Shown one piece after another: positions 52,856 through 64,000 of a stretch of 64,000 bases of DNA. A model generated the notes under the pieces. The model did not search any database and had not been told where the DNA came from. It saw nothing but the letters and a program-made list of their open reading frames with translations. Within the stretch, counting starts at the first letter, position 1, and each line of letters opens with the position of its first letter. Source of the DNA: Convolutriloba macropyga (lineage: Eukaryota); NCBI RefSeq assembly GCF_964194025.1, contig NC_134470.1, positions 64,046,001 to 64,110,000 of the forward strand. The letters run 5' to 3'. A program made the translations under genes and the position numbers.

Positions 52856-55143
52856 TTGGTTTCCTTAGGAGCCGAAATCCTTATCAAGCGTAGATCTTAC
52901 ATTTTTCGCGTTGAATTTAGCGTAGAACTTACATATTTTGCGTTGATTTTAGCGTAGACCTTAGGTATTTTGCATTGAATTTAGCGTAGAACTTGCATAT
53001 ATTTCGTTGAATTTAGCCTAGATTTTACATATTTTTCGTTGAAATCAACGTAGATCTTACATATGTGGCGCTGAATTTGGCGAAGATCTTACACGTTTTG
53101 TGTTGAATTTAGCCAAGATTTTACATGAATTCAACGTATTGAACGCATTTACCATATGAGGCGTACTGAGAAGAATTTAGTTTTTTTCATAAAGTAGTCT
53201 GAAATGGAATTCAAAAAATTCAACCTTAAATTTGTAAGATCTATGCCAAAATTCTACGCAAAATATGTAAGATTGGTGTTGAAAGCGTTGAATTTATGTA
53301 AGATCTACGCTAAATTCAACGCTAAATATGTAAGATCTACGCTAAAATTCAACGCTAAATATGTAAGATCTACGCCAAAATTCAACGCAAAATTATGTAA
53401 GATTGACGTTGAATGCGTTGAATTTATGTAAGATCTACGCTCAAGCGTAGATCTTATATAAATTCAACGCAAAAACGCCAATCTTACATAATTTTGCGTT
53501 TTTTAGCGTTGACACCTCGGCCCGGGCATCAAAAACGCGAGACAACTGCTTAACGTGCAATAACAAGTGAAAGAAACAAATTCACTTTGATTTAACTGCA
53601 ATAAAGCACATCATCTCGCTGAACATCGTACATTGTTCACTTACAACGAAGTACTGGTCCTCTTCAATAAACGAGAGAAGTTGCCCATATCTGCAATGAA
53701 TGCTTGCCAAAACACAAAAATTTCACAAACCAAATGTAATCTCTTCTGTGTTTAAAATCAACAAACAAAAAAGAACTAAAAATTAAAGAACCAATCGAGA
53801 AAAATCAGAGGCAAGATTATCACAAAAAATGGGAACAACCAACAAAATTTTTGCTCTTCTCAAAGCTGAAGACCTAAAACAATTAGTGCTCCTTGAGTGT
53901 TTAGTTTCAACCCTCAAAAATTCATCGTACATTGCTTTTGAGTACGGAAAACGTTTCAGCTTAAATAAGATCCTGAAATCAACCGAGATTCTGAGATAAA
54001 GTTTTCGAAATTTTTGGTCGTTACCCAAAACTTCCCAAAGAGAAAACAGAAAAGATCAACTGCCTCAAAACACGGCGTGAGCCGATTAAAAAAATGAACG
54101 GGACGATGATTGGGGTAACAAAAATCAAACGCTGGAAAAAAAAAGAAAAGATCAAACGGATACCTCTTGAAAAGTGCAGACCTCGGAAAAACTTATATCA
54201 ACCGATATATCGAGCAGAGCAATTAATTTCGAACAGTGAAGAAGCTAACATTTGACATCAGAAGTATACTAGAAACAAATACTGATACCCATTTTGCGAA
54301 AGCAACACTAAGCATCAACTACGAAATGATCTACCTCGTCTAAACCTTAAAGCAAGAAAAGGAAAATTCCTAACGTTACCTTATCAATTATCTTGACCAG
54401 CGAAATGATCGGGATAGCGTTGAATTTAGCTTAGATCTTACATAAATTCAACGCATTCAACGCCAATCTCACATAATTTTGCGTTGAATTTTGTCGTACC
54501 TCTTACGTATTTAGCGTTGAGTTTTAGCGTAGATCTTACATATTTAGCGTTGAATTTAGCGTAGATCTTACATAAAATCAACGCAATCAACGCCAATCTT
54601 ACATAATTTTCAGTTGAATTTTAGCGTAGATCTTACATATTTAGCGTTGAATTTTAGCGTAGATCTTACGTATTTAGCGTTGAATTTAGCGTAGATCTTA
54701 CATAAATTCAACGCTTTCAATGCCAATCTTACATATTTTGCGTAGAATTTTGGCATAGATCTTACAAATTTAAAGTTGAATTTTTTGAATTCCATTTCAG
54801 ACCACTTTATGAAAAAAATTAAATTCTTCCCAGTACGCCTCACATGGTAAATGCGTCCAATACGTTGAATTCAAGTAAAATCTCGGCTAAATTCAACACA
54901 AAACGTGTAAGATCTTCGCCAAATTCAGCGCCACATATGTAAGATCTGCGTTGATTTCAACGAAAAATATGTAAAATCTAGGCTAAATTCAACGAAATAT
55001 ATGCAAGTTCTACGCTAAATTCAATGCAAAATATGTAAGGTCTACGCTAAAATCAACGCAAAATATGTAAGATCTACGCTAAATTCAACGCGAAAAATGT
55101 AAGATCTACGCTTCATAAGGATTTCGGCTCCTAAGGAAACCAA

Positions 55144-55211
55144 GGTACGGTGGCGCAATGGTAGAAGAGGCGACAAGTAAACAGGAGGTCAGTGGTTCGA
55201 GTCCTATACCC
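55144..55211 (+). ncRNA. tRNA-derived Pol III unit, third copy
   Basis: Same sequence as 52335-52402. Confidence 0.6.
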
Positions 55212-55719
55212 AGAGTTCTACGCGTTGATTTTTTGTAAGATCAACGCTAAATTCAACGCAAAGATATGTAAGATCTACGCTAAATTCAACGCTAAAAATG
55301 TAAGATCTACGCTAAATTCAACGCTAAATATGTAAGATCAGCGGCAACTAGCGTTGTCAAGTCGGAAAATTCACCGCCATTTCTTACATAATTTTGCGAT
55401 GAATGCGTTGAATTTTTGTCTTTAAATTCACCGCATTCAACGCAAAATTATGTAGGAAAATTGCGGTGAATTTTCCGACTTGTCAACGCTAGTTGCCGCT
55501 GATCTTACATAATTTTGGCCAAATTCCTCGGCCCGGGTGTTCAGTTTATAACAAAGAAAAATGACACACTAACTAATTATGATAAAAGAGATAAATATAG
55601 CTCTGACATTGTTTTATGACGGGCAAATAGTCCATTTCTAAAGCGAAGCAAAGACAAATATCTGTTTCAAAACATAGTGCATAAAGTCCAGTTCAAACAG
55701 TATTGCTTTTTTAATACTA

Positions 55720-56155
55720 CCCGGGTCGGGGTGTCAGCGCCGTTTAGCGCATTTTTTGTAAGCAGTGCGACCAATGCGCCAAAATTATGTAAGAAAAGCG
55801 CTGAATGCGCTGAAATGCGCTGAAACTTTGAGAAGGCGATGAAAATTCAAAATTTCAGCCGATTATAAGCGCACTTCTTACATATTTTCACCGCATTTTG
55901 AGTACAATTCTTGCGAAAGTTTCAGCACCTTTTTCAGCGCATTTCTTACAAAGTTTCAGCGCAAATACAGCACATCCGTAGAAAAATATCAGCGCATTTG
56001 AGAAAACGTAAAAACAATAAAATTTAAGCGCATTTCTTTCAAAAATGAAGCGCAAATTCAGCAAATCCGTAGAAAAAGTTCAGTGCTTTTGAGAAAATTA
56101 AAATCAATAAAATTTCAGCACGTTTCTTACAAAGCTTCAGCGCAAATTTAGCACA
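55720..56155 (+). mobile_element. Left end of a related CCCGGG-terminated element with CAGCGCATTTCTTAC-type subterminal repeats
   Basis: TA|CCCGGGTCGGGGTGTCAGCG resembles CCCGGGCCGAGGTGTCAACG; a complementary end CCGACCCGGG|TA occurs at 49688-49699. Confidence 0.55.
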
Positions 56156-56479
56156 TGATCAGACTCATGCTCGTTTTTCATACGAGCTTGCTGCAAGCTC
56201 GTTCAATTCATGAAAAGGCTCTCTAACAGTAAAATATTCGTGTTTTCTGAGTACTGTATTTTCCAGTGTAATACCTGTGTTTTCTGGGTACTGTAATAGT
56301 CTATTAGCTGCATATTCTTGAATTAAATAGAAAGCTTTTAAACGCTCCAACTTTGCTAAAATTGTGGCCAAAAGTCTAAAAAACGAGCTTTTATGGAAAA
56401 AATTGTTACTAAAACTATGATATTGATGTTTTACACGAATTTCTTGGACCTGCTTTAAAACATGGAATCAGCATCTTTA

Positions 56480-56920
56480 GGCGAACATTGGCCTGAAAGA
56501 CTTGGGTTTGGGACAGGTGGCTCCAGGTCGACTATACCCACAGTTAGTTATTGGCCAGGCCAAACAGACTTTGGCTGCCCTTGGCCAGACCAAAGAGATT
56601 TTTGCCACTATTGGTCAGAGTAAACAGAGTTTGTCCAGAACGTTGGTCAGACCGAACAGACACTAGGGCAAACCGATGGCCGGACTATCAGGTATACTGT
56701 TATCTAGACTATTGGACAGATTGATCAGATTTTGTTCAGAACAATGGCAAAACCAAACAGACTCTAGACCAGACCGCTGTCAAAACCGCTGGCCAGACTA
56801 AGGGGACCCTAAGCCAAACCATTTGCCAGGCAATTGGTCAGACTTTTGACACAACCGATCCAAGGCTATCAGATCAGATCAAAATGTGGATATTGGTCAA
56901 AACGAACAGACTGAGAAGTG
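56480..56920. repeat. Degenerate minisatellite (TTGGCCAGACCAAACAGAC-like)
   Basis: About ten diverged copies of TTGG(C/T)CAGAC..AACAGA. Confidence 0.65.
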
Positions 56921-58229
56921 TGTATTCAACAACTATGATTTGATTCATTGAAATCAACCATCCATTTGCTTAAAGTTTTACCTTCAAAAATTGCTATTTG
57001 ACTTAACATAGCGGAAAAATTAGTCAGAAAAAAATTGCTGTTCTTCTATGAATATTATTTTTTTTCAAAATTACTCTGCACGATTTTTTGAACGTATACA
57101 GAATTTTTTGTCATCCTGATTTTGATTTTTTTTCCTTACTGAGGCATCAACAAAACCACCCTCTTAAAGACTATAAAATGCGTTTTGTATTAATTCAACC
57201 TAATTTTGGTTTTACTGGGGCACGAAAATTGAAAAAAAATTTCTTTATAAAAGTATATAAACAGGTCAAGTTAGAGGAGGTCAAACGTGCTTTTAAGCCA
57301 AAATCAATGCGTAATTAATTTTTTAAATACTAAGACAAAAAAAATTTCCCAAGCTGTTTTCATTCCTATGCCAAAAGTTCGAATCATCCAGTAAAATTGC
57401 AAAAAATGCAGCTTATTAACTACAAAAAAGTTTTCAAGGATTTTATTTCTTAGAACAATATTTGAACTCTTTTAAGCTGTGCTCTCTTTAATTGATATTC
57501 TATGAATTATTGGCATAGTGAAACTTGTATGTACTTAGCATAGGAGAATATTAAGATATCAGAGTGTAATGATTTCTCTTTTCATCGATTAAATATTTTT
57601 CTAAACTCTTTAAAAGTTCAGTGCAAGTAAGCAAATATCTATGCCCTAGGAGGTCTTGAATCCGTTTTTGTTGGTTAAGCTTCTATAGATTTTTTTTCAA
57701 ACCAGAAGCTCTCGTTTCTGTTTCTTTTCAACTCTTTTTTGTTTTAATTTTGACATCAACATTGCTAAAAATGTAATTTCTGGCAGTCAATAAACATATT
57801 AATGTAACGAGAATCAATGGCCAATTTAGTATAATACAAAATAAAACTGTGTTCTCTTTTTCAATGAGCTCAATCAAGTCCTATTGAAACCGGCTAGCTT
57901 TGACATAAACAAATCCTAATTCTTTCAAAAAGCAGATTTTTTTAAACCAGATTTTGAAATGATTTTTTCCTTATAAAGCAGTTTTGAGCTCAATTGTCGC
58001 CGGCTCACTTTTATTGCAATTACCTCAACCACTATCATGATAAAAAATTATTGATTTAACATAGAAGAGAAAAAGATTTCGGAAAGTTTTGCTGGATTTT
58101 TTTGCAAACTTTATTTCGCAAATCATTTTTTCTTTGCACACGAACAAAATTTTTCCTCGGGGCAAAAAGAACCCTCCTTCAAAACCATGAAAATATTTTT
58201 TGTAACACGTCTTTTCGCTTTCAGTGCTA

Positions 58230-61200
58230 ATTAATATTGTAAAAAAATTGGGGCATATCTAACGTTTAAAATGATTTTTCCTGAACTCCTGACATGTTCT
58301 TGTCAACAGTTTTTAATTTGTTACTGAAATCAACTTTCTAAGAAGATTAATCAACTAAAAAGAAAAAAAACATTGTTTCAAAATGTTTTTCAGTATTGAT
58401 GCAGTTTTTTGTGGTATTGCTACATGCAAATTGTTTTACTTAGGCTTTATTTGGGTCCATGAATCTTCTGGAGTTTCTAAGGTTTCCAGCTCAATGTTTT
58501 TTCAATTTTTGTGAAATCATGAATTTCTTGTTTAAGTTCTTTTTTAGTCAAAACACATAAAACAACCTGGCCTTTGCGACGAGGAGGCAAATTGTTCTCA
58601 CTTTACGGAAGAGGTCTTCAGCGTCCAAAAATTAAAAAATGCCCTTACTTTGCGACCCGAATCATGTCCGAGGTGCAGGATTATGTTGCTTTGTTGAAGT
58701 TTTTGTTAAAATTATATTTTATTAGCAGAAAAATCGGGGATCATCCCACGTTCAATTCAGACGGGCATAGTCGCCTTTTGTTGAAAATAAGTTGTATTTG
58801 TCTAGAGTAATTAATTTGTTACTGCAATCAACTTTCTCAGAAGGTTATTTGGCTAAAAATTAAAAATATTGTTTTCAAAATAATTTTTTAGTATTGATGC
58901 AGTGTTTTTGTGGTGTTGTTTTTGCAAATTGTGTACCTTAGTTCTTGTTTGGGTCCACAAATTTTTTGAATTCCCTAATTTTTCTGATTCAATCTTTTTT
59001 CAATTTTTGTGAAATCATGAAATTCTTGTTTGTGTTTTTTTTGGTCGAAACAAAACAAACACCCTTGCCTTTCCGGGGTGGTGGAAAAACGTTCCTACTT
59101 CATGGATGAGGTCTCCGGCGTCGAGAAAGGTAAAAAAGCGCTCATTTTTTGAGGGAATTGTGTCTGAGGGGAAAAATTGTGTCGCTTTGCTGAATTCTGT
59201 GTCAAAATTATATCCTACTTAAAGAAAATTTGGGACGCGAATCACGTTCCTAATGATTTCTCCCAAAATACTGTGTTAATTTATACGGGCATAGTCGTTT
59301 CTTGTTGAATATGAGTTCTCATTTTTCGCAGTTTTTGATTTTTTTTGGAATCGCCCTTCTTAGAAGAAAAATCTGGACATATCTCACGTTTATAAAAATT
59401 TTTCCTGTATTTTTGACATGTTCTTGTACGCAGTTTTTAATTTGTTATCGATATCAGCTTTCTCAGAAGGTTAATAGTCTAAAAAAATAAAGAAAAAAAA
59501 TTTTAAAAAACAATTTTTTAAAATATTTTTGAGTATTGACGCAGTTTTTTGTGGTATTGTTACTTGCAAATTTTGTTACTTAGGCTTTATTTGGGTCCAT
59601 GAATCTTTTGGAGTTTCTAATGGTTCCAAATCACTGATTTTTCAATTTTTGTGAATACATGAAATTCTTGTTTAAGTTCTTTACTTGTCAAAACACACAA
59701 AACATTCTGGCCTTTGCGATGAGGAGACAAATTGTTTGAACTTCACGGAAGAGGTCTTCAGTGTCCAAAAAACAAAAAATGCCCTTACTTTGCGACTTGA
59801 ATCATGTCCGAGGTGCAAGTTTATGTCGCTTTGCTGATATTTTTGTGAAAATTATATTTTATTAGCAGAAAAATCGGGGAACATCTCGCGTTCAATTCAT
59901 ATTGGCATAGTCGCCTTTTGTTGAATATAAGTTGTTTTTGTCTACAGTATTTAATTTGTTACTGCAATCAACTTTCTCAGAAGGTTATTTGGCTAAAAAC
60001 TAAAAAAATGTTTCAAAAAAATTTTTTAGCATTGCTTCAGTTTTTTTGGTGTTGTTTCTTGCAAATTGTGTAACTAGTTCTTGTTTGGGTTCACGAATTT
60101 TTTGAAATCCCTAATATTTCTGATTAAACCTTTTTTCAATTTTTATGAAATCATGAAATTCTTGTTTGTGTTTTTTTGGTCGAAACAAAACAAACACCCT
60201 TGCCTTTCCGGATTGGTGGAAAAATGTTCCTACTTCGTGGATGAGGTCTCCGGCGTCCAGAAAAGTACAAAAAGTGCTCATTTTTTGTCTGGAATCATGT
60301 CTTAGGGGAAAATTGTGTCACTTTGCTTAATTTCGTGTCAAAATTATATCTTACTAGAAGAAAAATTGGGACGCGCATCACGTTCCTAATGATTTCTCCC
60401 AAATACTGCCAATTTAGACGGGCATAGTCGGTTCTTGTTGAAAATGAGTTTTCCTGGTTTGCAGTTTTTGATTATTTATTGAAACCGTCCTTCTCAGTCA
60501 GTTTTCAGGTGGTAAGTTTAAGAAAAATCGAAAAAAAAAATTCTTCATTACGTTTTTCATTTTTGATGATGTCACTCTTCTAATTTGGGGTATTGTTACA
60601 TGCAAACTGTGTTGCTTAGACTTAATTTGGGTCCATGAACCTTTGGAGTTCCCAATGTTTCCAACTCAAGGTTTTTTTCTCAATTTTTGTGAAATCATGA
60701 AATTCTTGCTTGAGTTCTTATTTTGTCAACACACACAAACCAACCTGGCCTTTGCGAAGAGGAAGCAAATTGTTCCCACTTCACAGAAGAGGTCTTCAGC
60801 GTCCAAAAATCAAAGAAAGCCTTTTTTTCCCTCCTGAATCAAGTTCGCGGTGCGGGTTTATGTCACTTTGCTGAAATTTTTGTGAAAATTATTTTTTGTT
60901 AGCAGAAAAATCGGGGAAAATCTCACGTTTAAAATGATTCCTCCTGAACTTTTGTTTCAACTCAGACGGGAATAGTCGCTTTTTGTTGAATTTGAGTGGT
61001 TCTTGTCTACAGTTATTAATTTGATACTGCAATCAACTTTCTCAGAAGGTTATTAGACTAAAATTAGAAAAAAACTAAAAATGTTTCTAAAAGTTTCTTT
61101 TTATTGCTGCAGTTTTTTCTGTGGTGTTGTAAATTGCAAATTGTGTAACTTAGTTTTTGTTTGGGTCCACGAATTTTTTGGAATCCCTAATTTTTCCAAT

Positions 61201-63160
61201 TCATTCTTTTTTCAATTTATGTGAAATCATGAAATTCTTGTTTGTGTCCTTTTTTGGCCGAAACACAACAAACACCCTTGCCTTTGCGGCGTGATGGAAA
61301 ATTGTTCCTACTTCATGGAAGAGGTCTCCGGCGTCCAAAAAGGTAAAAACGCGCTCATTTTTTTTGTCTCGAATCATGTCCCAGGGGAAAGTTTGTGTCA
61401 CTTTGCTGAATTTCTTGTCAAAATTATATCTTATTAGCAGAAATTTGGGACGCGCATCACGTTTCTAATGATTTCTCCCAAAATACTGCGCCAATTTAGA
61501 CGGGCATAGTCGGTTCTTGTTTGCTTTGTGTTCTCCATGTTTGCAGTTTTTGATAATTTACAGATATCGTCCTTCTTAGACAGTTTTAAGGTGGTAAGTT
61601 TAAGAAAAAACTAAAACTGATTTGTTTCAATACGTTTTTCATTTTTGATTATTTTATTCTTCTAATTTGGGGTATTGTTCCTTGAAAATTGTGTTACTTA
61701 GACTTCTTCTTTTGAGTCCATGAACCTTTTGGAGTTTCTAATGTTTGCAACACAATGTTTTTTTAATCTTAGTGAAATCTTGAAATTCTTGCATGAGTTC
61801 TTTTATTGTCAAAACAACAAAACAACCTGGCCCTTGCGACGAGGAGGCAAATTGTTCCCACTTCACGGAAGAGGTCTTCAGCGTCCAAAAACAAAAGAAT
61901 GCCCATAATTTAAGTCCTGAATCATGTCCGAGGTGCAGAATTATGTCGCTTTGCTGAAATTTTTGTGAAAATTGTTTTTTGTTAGCAGAAAAAAGGGGAC
62001 CATCTCTCGTTTAGAATGATTTCTCCTGATGTGTTGTTTCAAACCAGACGGGCATAGTCGCCTTTTGTTGAACTTGAAGAATTTGAGTTGTTCTTGTCTA
62101 CAGTATTTAAATTGTTACTGCAACCAACTTTCTCAGAAGGTTATTAGGCTAAATATGAAAAAAAAATAAAATAATGTTTCAAAATATTTTTTTGCTGCAG
62201 TTTTTCCTGTGGTGTTGTTATTTGCAAATTGTTCAAATTAGTTTTTGTTTGGGTCCACGAATTTTTTGGAATCCCTAATTTTTCTAATTCAATCTTTTTT
62301 CAATTTTTGTGAAATCATGAAATTCTTGTTTGTGTTCTTTTTTGGTCGAAACACAACAAACATCCTTGCCGTTGCGGCGTGGTGGAAAATTGTTCCTACT
62401 TCGTGGATGAGGTCTTCCGCGTCCTGAAAGTTAAAAATGCGCTCATTTCTTGTCTCGAATAAAGTCCGAGGGGAAAGTTTTTGCTGCTTTGCTGAATTTC
62501 GTGTACAAATTATATCTTATTAGCAGAAAAATTGGGACAAGCTTCACGTTTCTAATGACTTCTCCCTAATTACTGTGCCAATTTAGACGGGGATAGTTGG
62601 GTCTTGTTGGATATGAGTTCACCTTGTTTGCAGTTTTTAAATATTTACTGAAATCGGCCTTCTCAGACGGTTTTCATGTGGTAAATTTAAGAAAAATCTA
62701 AAAATAAATTGTTTAAATACGTTTTTCATTTTTGATGTTTTTATTCTTCTAATATGGAGTTTTGTTACTTGCAAATTTTGTTATTCAGGCTGTGTTTGGG
62801 TCCATGAAGCTTTTATAATACTTTGTTTTTGGGAATTCAACAATTTTTCTTTTTTTGAGAAATCATGAAATTCTTGTTTGAGTTCTTTTTTATCAAAACA
62901 CACAACAACCTGGTCTTTAGGGCGAGGTGGGGAATTTTTTTCCCAATTTGCAAGAGAGGTTTTGGGTATTCAGTAAATACGGAGTGGACCTGAATTGCGT
63001 TCAGAATTATCTAAGTGGCGCTGCTTTTAGTCGTTTTGAGCAATTTTGCGAGAAATTGGGCTCTCCTGTTAGCCTTAAAATCTGCGTACGCTTCATGTCA
63101 TCTAGGATTTCTCCAAAACTGCTGTACCAAATTGAACGGGAATAGTCGAGTTTTGTTGAC
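58230..63160. repeat. Satellite array: ~500-640-bp monomers alternating as A/B dimers
   Basis: Anchor GGGTCCA(T/C)GAA at ~58453, 58951, 59593, 60087, 60629, 61163, 61714, 62251, 62798. Confidence 0.9.
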
Positions 63161-64000
63161 ACTAAACTTTTCTTAATAACAGTGTTCAGTTGATTTCATA
63201 AATCGGCCTAATCAAAAAGTTATTAAAGTTTTAATTGGAAAAAGGTCAACTTTTCGGGCTACCCTGGTTGACCACATATCGGTACAACAAAAGAACCGAT
63301 TTTTGGAATAAATGTTGCTGATTCAGAATCCCCTTTTGTTGGGGAGTAACCCCATATATATTTTAAGTTCCATTTTATGATGTTCAGACGGTCAATTTGG
63401 GCTCTGAATAGAGGTCACTTCGCTTTTTCGCAATTTGGTACTGTACCTTATTTCTGCTATAACACTTCTACAGTGCACTGGTTAGGCTCATTATTTAACA
63501 TGACGCGTATCTCAATCGGTGCCCAAATTGATCGAAAAGCGTTTCTTCTGGTTCGGTTGTTTGGAGAAATTACCCTGTTAACTTGACCCCATTTTGACCC
63601 CAGAAGTGGATGACTGGTCAGGTCTGGTCACTTTCTAAAGTATGAACTTCAAAATTGTTCAAGCCAAAATTAGTGAGTTGAATAGTCCGTCCAACGTACA
63701 TTCCTAGTATATATACTCAATACAGCGTTTTTTGAGGAATAGGTGTCGAATTTTAGCTCTGAAGGTGGTGTATCCTTCCTCTAATGTCATTTGTTACGGC
63801 ATGCTTTTTGGTTACATTGTGCTCATTTTTTAATATGATGCGTCTTTCAAGCAGGGCTACAATTTCCACTAAAGACGTTTTCTTTGTTCAGCCGTTTTTG
63901 AGAAAGTGGCCAGGAAACTTGACCTCAGTTTGACCTACTGAGGAGAGAAACACTAAACACTACCTTGAGTTCTATTTTAAACCTTGATTTGCGTGAATTG

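Larger units (their letters stand above)
50491..54416. repeat. ~3.9-kb near-perfect palindrome centred near 52610
   Basis: 50491 TATCCCGATCATTTCGCTGG pairs with CCAGCGAAATGATCGGGATA ending 54416; complementarity continues inward to the centre, with substitutions and repeat-number differences. Confidence 0.95.
51381..55537. mobile_element. Non-autonomous CACTA/EnSpm-like DNA transposon with ~30-bp repeat arrays, internally triplicated
   Basis: 12-bp TIR CCCGGGCCGAGG at 51381 and inverted ending at 55537; TG flanks both ends (2-bp TSD); arrays of AAATTCAACGCTAAATATGTAAGATCTACGCT in both orientations; extra inverted left end ending at 53526. Confidence 0.75.

Noticed and set aside
51400-55500. 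CRISPR-like appearance of ~30-bp repeats and repetitive ORFs (KFNAKYVRST)n
   Set aside because: Units are head-to-tail without unique spacers, there are no cas genes and the context is eukaryotic; the ORFs are translations of the tandem repeat.
58574-63145. Recurrent short ORFs (FFNFCEIMKFL)
   Set aside because: Satellite monomers read in varying frames with frequent stops.

Overview
AT-rich animal (invertebrate) genomic DNA with one 129-N assembly gap. The acoel-like impression is a guess; PORCN indicates a metazoan. Host genes are all on the minus strand: a lipocalin/ApoD-like first exon, LSM2 (2 coding exons joined by a GC-AG intron), intronless PORCN, intronless PHF5A and a 2-exon D-serine dehydratase (Dsd1 family). 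The Dsd1 stop lies only ~180 nt upstream of the PHF5A ATG, which is preceded by a splice acceptor with no strong local donor (candidate operon/trans-splicing). The rest is mobile or repetitive DNA: Helentron-type non-autonomous elements in two introns, a Tc1 relic, a fold-back Gypsy gag/LTR relic, decayed Polinton/adintovirus genes (pPolB, capsid, protease), LINE and Penelope relics, three tandem duplications, a CACTA/EnSpm-like element carrying a Pol III tRNA-like unit within an inverted triplication (3.9-kb palindrome), and a dimeric higher-order satellite. Family calls are from motif recognition by eye, not database searches.
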